Positions 45,112-54,308 of a stretch of 64,000 nucleotides of DNA are shown here, one piece after another. The translations under genes were made by a program, and so were the position numbers. The first letter of the stretch is position 1, and each line of letters begins with the position of its first letter. The stretch is taken from NCBI GenBank assembly GCA_963816215.1, contig CAWFKB010000005.1, positions 5,309 to 69,308 of the forward strand, written 5' to 3'. The notes below the pieces were generated by a model. It saw nothing but the letters and a program-made list of their open reading frames with translations, was not told the DNA's origin and did not search any database. This stretch comes from an uncultured Chloroflexia bacterium (GTDB lineage Bacteria > Chloroflexota > Limnocylindria > QHBO01).

Positions 45112-46287
45112 TCACAGCGCCTGGTCGATCCGGGCAATGAGTCCGGCGACCAGGCTGGTCCGTGGCACGACGCTCCCCAGGTCGAGCCATTCGGCCGGGG
45201 CATGGTCGTCGCCTCCGATCGGGCCCAGGCCGTCAAGGGTGGGGAGTCCGACGGCGGCGGTCGTGTTCGCGTCGGACGCGCCGCCCGTCGCGGCGTCCTG
45301 GACCGCGAACCCCAGCTCGCCGGCGACCGATTGGGCCAGGGTCACCAGGCGCGCGGTGGCCGGGGACTTCTCCATGGGTGGATGCGAGGCGATGACCGAG
45401 AGCTCGCTCGTGGTGTCGGGCACGTGGGACCGACCCGCGATCTCGCGCAGGACGTCCTCGGCCTCGGCGAACTCGGCGGCGCTGGCCGCGCGGAGATCGA
45501 CCTCCAGGCGACACGTCTCCGCCACGACGTTGGGGCGCGTTCCGCCTGCGATCACGCCCACGTTGCAGGTCACGGTCGGCCACCGACCGTTGAGCTCGGT
45601 GAGGGCTTCGACCATGCGGGACGCGGCGAGGATCGCATTGCGCCCCTTCTCGGGCTCGATCCCGGCGTGCGCGGCGCGCCCGTGGACTGTCAGCGCGATG
45701 TCCGCGATCCCCTTGCGGGCGCTGACGATGTCCCCGTTGGCGCGGGCGCATTCAAGGACGAGCGCCGCGTCGTGATCCGCGGCGAGGGTCCGGATGTGCG
45801 GCCCGGAGAACGGTGAACCGATCTCCTCGTCGGGATTGGCGACGAAGGTGACCGATGGATGGATGCCGGTGGCCAGGAGCGCCGCGAGTGCCGACAGGCC
45901 GGCCAGGAGGCCGCCCTTCATGTCGGACACGCCCGGACCCAGCGCCCGGTCGCCTTCGGTCCGGTACGGGCGGGCGGCGGCGGTACCGGGGTCGAACACG
46001 GTGTCCATGTGACCGATGAGCAGGAGCCGGGGGCCGCTGCCCGTGAGCGTTCCAACCACGAGGTCGCCCAGGGGCCGCCCGTCGGGTGCGGTCCCGCCAT
46101 CGGTCCGGCTGACCAACGCGCCCATGGTCTCGAGTCGCTGGCTGACGAGGTCAGCCACCTGGTTGACCCCCGTTGGGGTGTACGAACCGCAGTCGATCCG
46201 GACCAGGAACTCCAGGTCGGCGAGGTACGTCGGAAGGTGCTCCTCGACGGCGCCGCGGATCGTGGACAGGGCTGGGCTGGCGGTCAT
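45112..46287 (-). CDS. M20 family metallopeptidase (ArgE/DapE/CPG2-like)
   Basis: Metal ligands in LLLIGHMDTVFD, GVSDMKGG and ANPDEEIGSP. Start MTASPALSTIRG at top 46287. The 621 upstream codons of the track ORF are antisense to the cphA-like gene. Confidence 0.75.
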   Translation of the reverse strand: MTASPALSTIRGAVEEHLPTYLADLEFLVRIDCGSYTPTGVNQVADLVSQRLETMGALVSRTDGGTAPDGRPLGDLVVGTLTGSGPRLLLIGHMDTVFDPGTAAARPYRTEGDRALGPGVSDMKGGLLAGLSALAALLATGIHPSVTFVANPDEEIGSPFSGPHIRTLAADHDAALVLECARANGDIVSARKGIADIALTVHGRAAHAGIEPEKGRNAILAASRMVEALTELNGRWPTVTCNVGVIAGGTRPNVVAETCRLEVDLRAASAAEFAEAEDVLREIAGRSHVPDTTSELSVIASHPPMEKSPATARLVTLAQSVAGELGFAVQDAATGGASDANTTAAVGLPTLDGLGPIGGDDHAPAEWLDLGSVVPRTSLVAGLIARIDQAL

Positions 46288-46311
46288 GGGCCCGAAACTA
46301 TACTGGCCGCC

Positions 46312-47913
46312 ATGGCCTCCGACCGCTCGACCGAGCCGGCCGCCGAGCTGCTCGAGCTGCGGGTGCTGGAGGGGCCGAATCGCTTCGCCAACCGGCCGGC
46401 GATCAAGATCGAGTTCAGCGGTGAACCCGACGCGGTCGTCGACGTGGCGCGCGCGGCCGGCCAGGCAGTCCGTGACTTCCACCGGGCATTGGGGCTGCCC
46501 GTGCCGCGGGTTACGTTTCGTCGTTCGGCTGACCGGACACGGGCGATGGCGGCGTTCGCCTGGCGGCGCCGGACCATTGCCCAGGCCATCGCCGGTGCCG
46601 CAGCGCGGGTCGCGCTGGGCGGAAGCGAGCGACGCGAGCTGCGCGCCCTGCGGGCGGTCGCCAGCGGCCAGCGGCCGGTGCTCCCCGTCCCGCGGGTTCC
46701 GATCGTGGCCATCACCGGGACCAACGGGAAGAGCACGACCACCCGGCTGATCGCCCAGGTTGCGTCCCACGCCGGGATGCGGGTGGGGATGACCAACTCG
46801 GACGGGATCTACGTCCGCGGGGAGCTCGTCGAGGCGGGAGACTGGACCGGGTTCGGGGGCGCGGGCCGGATCTTGGCCGAGCCGGACCTGGACCTGGCGG
46901 TCCTCGAGACCGCGCGCGGCGGGATCCTGCTGCGCGGGATCGGGTACGAGCACAACGACGTGTCCGTGGTCACCAACGTCAGTGCGGATCACCTGGGGTT
47001 GCAGGGGATCGACACCCTGGACGAGCTGGCCGAGGTCAAGGGCGCGGTGGTCCGGATCACGAAGCGCGGGGGATGGGCCGTGCTGAACGCGGAGGACCCC
47101 CGGGCGTGGGCCATGCGCGCCCATTCGCGCGCGCGTCCGTACGCCTTCAGCCTCGACCCCCGGGCGCCCGGCGTGGCCGAGGCGCTGCGCGAGGGTGGAC
47201 GCGCGGCGGTGCTGGAGCGCGGGGCGCTGGTGCTTCGCCGCCGCGGATCGCGACCAGTGCGTCTGGCCAGGGCCGCGGATCTGCCCGTCACGTTCGCCGG
47301 GCTGTCCCGCTACAACATCGCCAATGCCCTCGCGGCCGCGGCGGCCTGCGACGCGCTCGGTATGCCCGCCGGCCAGATCGTTGCCGGGCTGTCGTCCTTC
47401 GCCCAGGACGAATCGGTCAATCCAGGGCGCTTGAACCTGTACGGACGGAACGGCGTGCTGGCGCTGGTCGACTTCGCCCACAACGAGGCCGGACTGGCCG
47501 GGCTGCTGGAGGTGTGCCACCGCCTCGCGTCGAGCCGCGGCGGAAAGGTCCGGCTCGCGCTCGGGACGGCCGGCGACCGGACGGATGAGATCCTCCACAA
47601 CCTCGGTGTCCTCGCCGGCGCCCGATCCGACGACCTCGTGATCTGCGAGAAGCGCCATTACCTGCGTGGTCGGAACCTGGGCGAGATGAACGCCATCTTC
47701 CGGCGCGCGGCGGCCGAGGCGGGATACCACGGCCGAGTGACCGCGTATGCCACCGAGCTGGGCGCGTTTCGGGCGCTGCTCGCCCGGAGCCGGCGAGGCG
47801 ACGTGGCGGCGGTCATGAGCCACGTCGAGCGGGCCGAGATCTTCGCCTGGCTGGCGAAGGAGGGCTATCGGCCCATCACCCTGGCCCGCCTGCGGACCCT
47901 GGTTACCCGTTAG
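46312..47913 (+). CDS. Cyanophycin synthetase-like protein with partial N-domain plus Mur-ligase (M) domain, lacking the ATP-grasp (G) domain
   Basis: N-terminus LLELRVLEGPNRFANRPAIKIEFS parallels the CphA start RIVEERVYRGPNFWSYEPAIKLIVDL. Residue ~135 onward, PVLPVPRVPIVAITGTNGKSTT, aligns with the CphA M-domain start PVLDILFPPGTPVRIPIVAVTGTNGKTTT. There is no intervening ATP-grasp region of about 320 aa. Confidence 0.7.
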   Translation: MASDRSTEPAAELLELRVLEGPNRFANRPAIKIEFSGEPDAVVDVARAAGQAVRDFHRALGLPVPRVTFRRSADRTRAMAAFAWRRRTIAQAIAGAAARVALGGSERRELRALRAVASGQRPVLPVPRVPIVAITGTNGKSTTTRLIAQVASHAGMRVGMTNSDGIYVRGELVEAGDWTGFGGAGRILAEPDLDLAVLETARGGILLRGIGYEHNDVSVVTNVSADHLGLQGIDTLDELAEVKGAVVRITKRGGWAVLNAEDPRAWAMRAHSRARPYAFSLDPRAPGVAEALREGGRAAVLERGALVLRRRGSRPVRLARAADLPVTFAGLSRYNIANALAAAAACDALGMPAGQIVAGLSSFAQDESVNPGRLNLYGRNGVLALVDFAHNEAGLAGLLEVCHRLASSRGGKVRLALGTAGDRTDEILHNLGVLAGARSDDLVICEKRHYLRGRNLGEMNAIFRRAAAEAGYHGRVTAYATELGAFRALLARSRRGDVAAVMSHVERAEIFAWLAKEGYRPITLARLRTLVTR

Positions 47914-50744
47914 GCGAAGCCGTCGCCGTCGGCGACCTCCGATTCGTCGGTCGGGCCGCTGCCTCCGTTCCCCTCGACCTCGTCCGCGCCATCGGCTCCG
48001 TTGGGCGTCCCGTGGCGACGGTGCTGGAGCTCCTTCCAGGCCAGGTTGGCGTGGTCCACGCACAGGACGACGATGTCCCCCTCCTTGCCCAGGTCGAGCG
48101 CGCGACGCGTAGCCTCCAGCTCGTCGAGCACCGTCTCGACTTTCCGGCATCGCGCCCCTTCGGCCATCGCCGCCGTGATGCCTTCGTGGATGAGCGCCGC
48201 CGTGGTGCCCCGCGCCCGTCCCCGCGTCTTCGCGTCCTCGCGGATGACGATCCGATCGAAGTAGCGGGCGGCCACCTGACCCAGCTCGCGGATATCGCGG
48301 TCGCGCCGGTCACCGGCCGTGGCCACCACCCCGATCCGCTTGCCGGTGACCAGTGGCTGGTGGCCGTTCGACGCTTCCGCCGACACCGCATCGATGAAGG
48401 AGCCCAGCGCGGTCATGGCGTGCGGGTTGTGCGCGTAGTCGACCAGGACGCGGTAGCCGTCGAGGTCGAACAGGTTCATGCGGCCGGGCGCCTGGAAGTA
48501 CGACGTGGAGAAGGTCCGCAGCCCCTGGCGGATGTCGTGCAGGTGGGCACCGGCAGCCCACGCCGCCGCGGTCGCGGCCAGCGCATTGGCGACGTTCATC
48601 CGGGCCCGCCCCTCGAACGTGGCCGGAATGAGGTGGGTCCAGACCAGGGGCAGACTCTTGCGTCCCTGGCGCAGGACGATCATCTCCCCGTTGCGACCCT
48701 GTTCCAGGGTCACCGAGCGGCGGCCGCGGGACCCCTGGCGGCGGAGCGTCTCGTTGTCGGGATTCATGCTGAAGTAGATGACCGCGCCCGAGCAGGCAGC
48801 CGCCATCTTGGAGACGAGCGGATCGTCGGCATTCAGGACCGCCGTCCCGCTGCGGGGAACCGCTTCCACGATGACCTGCTTCACGCCAGCCAACTGGCGC
48901 ACGCTGTTGATCCCGCCCAGGCCCAGGTGGTCGGCCGCCACATTGAGCACGACCGCGACCTCGTTGCGCTGGTAGCCCAGGCCCTCGCGCAGGATCCCGC
49001 CTCGCGCCACCTCGAACACCGCGGTGTCGACCAGCGGGTTCTGGAGGACCATCGAGGCGGACTTCGGCCCGCTCATGTCCCCGCGCCGAATCATCCGACC
49101 GTCGATGAAGATGCCATCGGTGCTGGTCATCCCAACCTTGCGGCCCATGCCCTTGAGGATGTGGCTGATCATCCGGACCGTGGTCGTCTTCCCATTGGTG
49201 CCGGTTACGGCCACGATCGGGATACGCACCGGCGTGCCGGGCGGGAAGAGGATGTCGAGCACTGGCTTGGCCACGTACTGGGCCTCGCCCTCGGTCGGGT
49301 TGGTGTGCATCCGGAACCCAGGGGCGGCGTTGACCTCCACGATCCCGCCGCCCGTTTCCCGAACGGGGAGGCTGATATCGGGGCACACGAAGTCGATGCC
49401 CGCGATGTCGAGGCCCACGACCTTGGCCGCCTGCTCGGCGATCTCGGCGTTCTCGGGGTGGATCTCATCGGTCCGGTCGATGCTGATCCCGCCGGTGCTC
49501 ATGTTCCCGGTTCGTTTGAGGAAGACGCGCTTCCCCTTGGGCGGCACCGTGTCGAGCGCGTGACCCTGCTCCGCGGCGTAGCTCACCGACTCGTCGTCGA
49601 CCGCGATCCGGGTCAGCACCTTCTCGTGACCGATGCCCCGGCGCGGGTCGGCGTTGGTGATCTCCACCAGCTCCGCCACGGTGTGCTTGCCGTCGCCGTC
49701 CACGTGAGCTGGGAGACGCTGGGCCACGGCGCGCAGGACCCCGCCCACGACCAGGCATCGGTAGTCATTGCCGACCAGGTAGGACTCGACCACGACCCCG
49801 CCGAAGCGCGACTCCTCGCGGGCGGTGGGGTAGGCGGCGCGAACCGAGGCTTCGTCGCCCAGGTTGAGCATCACGCCCCGCCCGTGGTTGCCGTCCAGGG
49901 GCTTGATGGCCACCGGAAACCCGATCCGCGCCGCCGCCGTGACCGCTTCCTCCGGCCCGCCCACGACCTCAGCACGCGGCACGGGGACGCCGGTGGCGGC
50001 CAGCAGCCGATTGGTGAGCTTCTTGTCCTGGGCGATGTCGACGCCCAGGGCGCTGGTGTGGGAGGTCATCGTGGCCCGGATCCGCTTCTGGTGGACGCCA
50101 TGGCCCAGCTGGACGAGGGAGGCCTCGTTCAGGCGGATCCAGGGGATGTCGCGCAGGTTGGCCTCGTCCAGCAGTGACTGGGTGGACGGGCCGAAGGCCG
50201 CCCGCTCGGCCAGGCGGATGAGCTGTTCGAACTCGGTCTGGTAGTCGAAGGTGGGGTCGGGTTCGACCAGGTGGTTCACGAGGCGGACCGCCAGGTGCCC
50301 CGCGGCGAGACCGACCGACTCCTCGGCGTAGGTGTAGATCACGTGATAGCGCCCCGGCTGGCCGGTGGAGCGGGTCTTGCCCCGGCCGACCTCGGTGCCC
50401 GCGTCACGCTGCACCTGCAGGGCGATGTGCTCGGCCACGTGGCCCAGCCAGGTGCCGTCGCGCAACCGTTCCTCGAATCCGCCTCGTCGACCGGTTCCGC
50501 ACGAGTGGGCGGCGACTCCCGGGACCGTGGCCAGCAGCTTTTCGGTGAAGCCGGGCAGCTTGTTGGTGGGGTATTCCTCGAGGGGCCCGAGATCGACGAT
50601 CAGCTTGATCGCGGGCTCATACGACCAGAAGTTCGGGCCGCGGTAGACGCGCTCCTCGACGATGCGCAGGGTCCCACCCGGGGTCGCGGCCGGAGGGGTC
50701 GCGCGCCGGGCTTTTCGGCCGCCGGGCGAGGCGGCTTTGGTCAC
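47910..50744 (-). CDS. cphA: Cyanophycin synthetase (N, ATP-grasp and Mur-ligase domains)
   Basis: 944 aa. ATP-grasp core (PVAIKPLDGNHGRGV) and Mur ligase P-loop VTGTNGKTTT. 4-nt convergent overlap with the cphA-like gene. The ATG overlaps the cphB stop. Confidence 0.9.
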   Translation of the reverse strand: MTKAASPGGRKARRATPPAATPGGTLRIVEERVYRGPNFWSYEPAIKLIVDLGPLEEYPTNKLPGFTEKLLATVPGVAAHSCGTGRRGGFEERLRDGTWLGHVAEHIALQVQRDAGTEVGRGKTRSTGQPGRYHVIYTYAEESVGLAAGHLAVRLVNHLVEPDPTFDYQTEFEQLIRLAERAAFGPSTQSLLDEANLRDIPWIRLNEASLVQLGHGVHQKRIRATMTSHTSALGVDIAQDKKLTNRLLAATGVPVPRAEVVGGPEEAVTAAARIGFPVAIKPLDGNHGRGVMLNLGDEASVRAAYPTAREESRFGGVVVESYLVGNDYRCLVVGGVLRAVAQRLPAHVDGDGKHTVAELVEITNADPRRGIGHEKVLTRIAVDDESVSYAAEQGHALDTVPPKGKRVFLKRTGNMSTGGISIDRTDEIHPENAEIAEQAAKVVGLDIAGIDFVCPDISLPVRETGGGIVEVNAAPGFRMHTNPTEGEAQYVAKPVLDILFPPGTPVRIPIVAVTGTNGKTTTVRMISHILKGMGRKVGMTSTDGIFIDGRMIRRGDMSGPKSASMVLQNPLVDTAVFEVARGGILREGLGYQRNEVAVVLNVAADHLGLGGINSVRQLAGVKQVIVEAVPRSGTAVLNADDPLVSKMAAACSGAVIYFSMNPDNETLRRQGSRGRRSVTLEQGRNGEMIVLRQGRKSLPLVWTHLIPATFEGRARMNVANALAATAAAWAAGAHLHDIRQGLRTFSTSYFQAPGRMNLFDLDGYRVLVDYAHNPHAMTALGSFIDAVSAEASNGHQPLVTGKRIGVVATAGDRRDRDIRELGQVAARYFDRIVIREDAKTRGRARGTTAALIHEGITAAMAEGARCRKVETVLDELEATRRALDLGKEGDIVVLCVDHANLAWKELQHRRHGTPNGADGADEVEGNGGSGPTDESEVADGDGFA

Positions 50745-51730
50745 TCGCTGGCTTCCTCGAGGGGCCGGGAGCGGACCGTCCGCTTGCGCGATCGCTCAGG
50801 GGCGGTGTCGTCGGCTCCCTCCGCCGCGATGCGGCGGATGAGGCGCCGGGTGCGCTCGGTGGCCGCGCTCACCGCGGCAACCTCGCGATCAGTGGCGTCC
50901 ACCGGGCGCAGGGTCGCGCGCAGCTGGCGTCGCCGCAGGTCGAATCGGTATCCCGCGGGAAGGCTATGCAGGACTACGCCGCTGACCATGATCGGTCGGT
51001 AGCGCTTGGCCTCGTAGGCATCGGTCTGGAGATGGGCCGGGTCCAGGATGGTGACCGAGCCCCTGCCGATGACCTCCAGCAGCCCGGTCGGGGCGACCAG
51101 CGCGGCGGTGTCCTCGTCGATACCGATGCCCAGCAGTCCGGGCGACTGGGCGACCAGTGCCAGGAGGCGACCGATCCGGTTGCGCTGCTCGAAGTGCTGG
51201 TCGATGACGACACCGGGCAGGAGGCCGAGCCCCGCGCTCATCTGGGTCATGCGCTGCTTGGGCGTCGCCCCGCCGGTGCCGAAGGCGACCATGTGGCTGG
51301 CAATCGCCGATGCGCCCGCACTCGTGCCGGCCACGACCAGCCCGCGTCGATGGTTCTCGAGCAGCGCGCGACCGAGCCGCGTGCCGCCGACCACGGCGGC
51401 GAGCCGAAGCTGGTTGCCCCCGGTCAGGAACACGGCGGTCGCTTCGTCGACCATGTCGGCCACACCGGGGGCGTCTGCTTCCTCGCGAAGGAGGGGGCGT
51501 ACCGCGTTCACCTCGGCCGCGCCAAGCTGGCGGAACACCTGGGCATAGAGGTCCGTTGCCTCGTCCCCGAGCGAGGACGCGGTGGAGATGACCAGGATCC
51601 GCGCCGTGGGGCCTCCGGCGAGGCTCACGAAGCGGGTCAGGATCGTCTTGTGTCGAAGCTTGTCCTCCGCGCCGCCGATGATCAGCAGATGGCCGGCGCG
51701 GGGCCGCGCAGAGCGGGCGGTCGCAGCCAT
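50741..51730 (-). CDS. cphB: Cyanophycinase (peptidase S51)
   Basis: LLIIGGAEDK and VVAGTSAGASAI catalytic-Ser motifs. Start MAATARSARP at top 51730. Upstream track-ORF residues are artefact. Confidence 0.85.
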   Translation of the reverse strand: MAATARSARPRAGHLLIIGGAEDKLRHKTILTRFVSLAGGPTARILVISTASSLGDEATDLYAQVFRQLGAAEVNAVRPLLREEADAPGVADMVDEATAVFLTGGNQLRLAAVVGGTRLGRALLENHRRGLVVAGTSAGASAIASHMVAFGTGGATPKQRMTQMSAGLGLLPGVVIDQHFEQRNRIGRLLALVAQSPGLLGIGIDEDTAALVAPTGLLEVIGRGSVTILDPAHLQTDAYEAKRYRPIMVSGVVLHSLPAGYRFDLRRRQLRATLRPVDATDREVAAVSAATERTRRLIRRIAAEGADDTAPERSRKRTVRSRPLEEASE

Positions 51731-51783
51731 TGCCCGTGAGCATAGCAATCCCGATCCAACTCGCGGACCCGTACACTCGTCGG

Positions 51784-52950
51784 ATGCCCAGCTCGGCAGA
51801 CGTCCTCCACCAGGACCTCGACTACTACGCCGTGCTCGACGTGGACCCCGACGCCACCCTCGACGAGCTCCGCGTCGCGTTTCGACGAGCCGTCCTCCAC
51901 CATCATCCGGACCGCAGCGACGCGTCGGCACCGCTCGCCACGCGGCGGACCTCGCTCCTGAACCGCGCATGGTCCGAGCTGCGCGACCCGGGTCGTCGCC
52001 GGTCGTACGACGGAGCCCTGGCCCGGGGGGACGCGGCGACGGTGGCCTGGCCGCTGTCCCCCGGCGAGCCGCTCCCGGCCGGGGCGCGTGCGACGCGACG
52101 GCCGCGGAAGACCCGCGAGCCCGCGGGGCCCAGCCCCTGGCACCAGCCCGCCTGGCGGTCCGTGGCCGGGTTCCGCGTTCCGGCCGCCGTGTTCCTCGAC
52201 CAGCCGGACGCCCAGCGCCGTTGGATCGTCGAGCACTACATCCAGGGCCAGGATTGGCGCGATCACCGGGAGCGGTACTGGCTCCGGTTCGTGGCGGACT
52301 ACTACCACGATCGAGGGCGGATCGAAGACTGGGTCGGGGTTCTGGAGCGGTTGGTCGAGATCGATCCCTCGTTCGAGACCCTCGTCCGGGCCGACCTCCG
52401 CAATGCCTACCAGGCCTCCGACCGGCATCTCGCCGGGGCGAGCTTCCTGGGAGAGGTGGGGGAACGCTGGGCACCCGGATCGGTGCCCCGGGCCTGGCTG
52501 GAGCGCGAGGAGCGCGCGCTGTTGGCGGACTTCCGCGACCAGCACGTCCGTCGTGGAACGGACCGAGCCAACCAGGCGGACCTGCTCCTCGACTACCTGG
52601 CCAGCCTCGACCTGGAGCCCACGCCCACCGACCTGCGGGCGGCCTATGCCGCCTACCGGCGGGCCGGGCGGACCGATGCCGCCGGAGCCTTGCTGGATCG
52701 GCTGCTGGCCATCCCGGTCACCGATGGCGATGGGTGGTACACGCGAGTTCAGCTCCTGACCGAGGCAGGAGCTCTCGACGCTGCCTCGGCGTTGCTGGCC
52801 GAGATCGCCCGGGGCGAGCACCCCGCTGCCCTGGATGGACGCCGTCTCCGCGGTCAGCCCTCGGTTCGCATTGCCCGCGCGCGGGACCGCCTGGTGCGGG
52901 CGAAGCGCCGCAAGGAGCCGGCCGCCAGCCGGCGGTCGGCCGAAGGCTAG
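51784..52950 (+). CDS. J-domain (DnaJ-like) protein with helical/TPR-like C-terminal region
   Basis: DYYAVLDVDPDATLDELRVAFRRAVLHHHPDR is a J domain with the HPD motif. Start at M19 of the track ORF. Confidence 0.6.
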   Translation: MPSSADVLHQDLDYYAVLDVDPDATLDELRVAFRRAVLHHHPDRSDASAPLATRRTSLLNRAWSELRDPGRRRSYDGALARGDAATVAWPLSPGEPLPAGARATRRPRKTREPAGPSPWHQPAWRSVAGFRVPAAVFLDQPDAQRRWIVEHYIQGQDWRDHRERYWLRFVADYYHDRGRIEDWVGVLERLVEIDPSFETLVRADLRNAYQASDRHLAGASFLGEVGERWAPGSVPRAWLEREERALLADFRDQHVRRGTDRANQADLLLDYLASLDLEPTPTDLRAAYAAYRRAGRTDAAGALLDRLLAIPVTDGDGWYTRVQLLTEAGALDAASALLAEIARGEHPAALDGRRLRGQPSVRIARARDRLVRAKRRKEPAASRRSAEG

Positions 52951-54308
52951 GAGTCGGCGGGTCGGACGACCTCCACCGGACCCAGGTCGGCGGCCTCGAT
53001 CGGACCCCGGACCCGGGACGCATCGCCGGCCAGGACGATGAGCGACTCCGCCGGTCGCAGGAGATCGACCGCGGCCTGGTGGGCCTCGACAGGGCCGACG
53101 GCTTCCACCCGGTCGCGATAGGTTGCCCACCAGTCGTGGTCCAGGCCGTACACCGCGATGGGCTCGATCCCGGCGGCTGCGCCCATCGTCGTCTCGAAGC
53201 GGAGCGGGAAGACGCCGATCATGTAGTCGGTCACTTCCCGCAGCTCCGAGGCCTCCGGTGGCGCCGCCTGCATGCGCTCCAGCTGGAGCAGCGTCTCGCG
53301 GATGGCATCGGCGGTGACCTCGGTCTGGACCGCGGCCCGGGCCGAGAAGGGGCCCGCCGAGCGGCGCGGGTCGAAGGCCGCTCGCGCCCCGTAGGTGTAG
53401 CCCAGCTCCTCGCGCAAACGCTGGTTCAGGCGGCTGCTGAACGTCCCGCCCAGCAAGCCGGCCATGACCATGGCCGGGAAGTAGTCCGGATGGCGGCGGT
53501 CGATCCCGACGTGACCGATGCGCAGCTCGCTCTGGACCGATCCGGGCCGATCGACGATGACCACCCGCCGCCCCCCTCGATCGGAGACGTCGATGGACCG
53601 ATGGCCGGGGCTCGTCCCCGCCCAGTCGCCAAAGGTGGCCTGGACCTGGTTCGCGACCGCATCCACGTCCACCGGTCCGGCCACGACCAGGTGGGACCGA
53701 TCCGGGCGCCAGTTCCGCGCGTGGTGGGCGCGCGCCTGGGACACGACAAGCGGTTCCACTGTCTCTGGCGTGCCGGCCGACAGCCGGCCGTACGGGGCGC
53801 CCTCGCCGAAGACATGGCGCAGGAAGAACTCGTCGGCCAACCGCCCCGGTTCGGAGCGAGCCTGGAGGATGTCGGCCAGGCGCTCCTCGCGGATCCGATC
53901 GAACTCGCCCTCGTCGAAGCCCGGCTCGCGGACCATCTCGGCCAGCAACGCGAGCCCGGCCGTCCACTGGGCCCGCAGGGCGACGAAGCCGGCACGCGCC
54001 ACGTCCCACGACGAGTCGGCGAAGAGCTCGATCCCCAGGCGTTCGCTGGCCTCGGCGAGGGCATGTCCGTCCAGGCGCTGGGTCCCGGTGACGAGCGACT
54101 CCGCGGTCAGGGCCGCAATCCCGCCTTCGGCCTCCGACTCCGATGCCGCGCCGCCGTCGACCAGGAGGTGGACGCTCACCATGTCGCGGTCGGGGAGGGG
54201 GACGACCCACAGCGTCAGGCCGCTGTCCAGCGGTCGATGGATGAAGTTCGGGAAGTGGTACGGCCGCGGCGCGCCGGGCGCGGGGCGGAGCGGGTTGGGG
54301 TCCGTCAT
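52947..54308 (-). CDS. M16 family peptidase, non-catalytic partner subunit (no HxxEH motif)
   Basis: Insulinase fold without an HxxEH motif. Coupled 4-nt overlap with the upstream M16 gene. Confidence 0.8.
   Translation of the reverse strand: MTDPNPLRPAPGAPRPYHFPNFIHRPLDSGLTLWVVPLPDRDMVSVHLLVDGGAASESEAEGGIAALTAESLVTGTQRLDGHALAEASERLGIELFADSSWDVARAGFVALRAQWTAGLALLAEMVREPGFDEGEFDRIREERLADILQARSEPGRLADEFFLRHVFGEGAPYGRLSAGTPETVEPLVVSQARAHHARNWRPDRSHLVVAGPVDVDAVANQVQATFGDWAGTSPGHRSIDVSDRGGRRVVIVDRPGSVQSELRIGHVGIDRRHPDYFPAMVMAGLLGGTFSSRLNQRLREELGYTYGARAAFDPRRSAGPFSARAAVQTEVTADAIRETLLQLERMQAAPPEASELREVTDYMIGVFPLRFETTMGAAAGIEPIAVYGLDHDWWATYRDRVEAVGPVEAHQAAVDLLRPAESLIVLAGDASRVRGPIEAADLGPVEVVRPADS

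Noticed and set aside
45112-48150. 1012-aa ORF treated as one gene
   Set aside because: Only the C-terminal 391 aa (M20 peptidase, start at top coordinate 46287) are coding. The upstream 621 codons are antisense to the cphA-like gene, which has its own clear start 24 bp away on the other strand.
48012-50177. 721-aa plus-strand ORF
   Set aside because: It is antisense to cphA.
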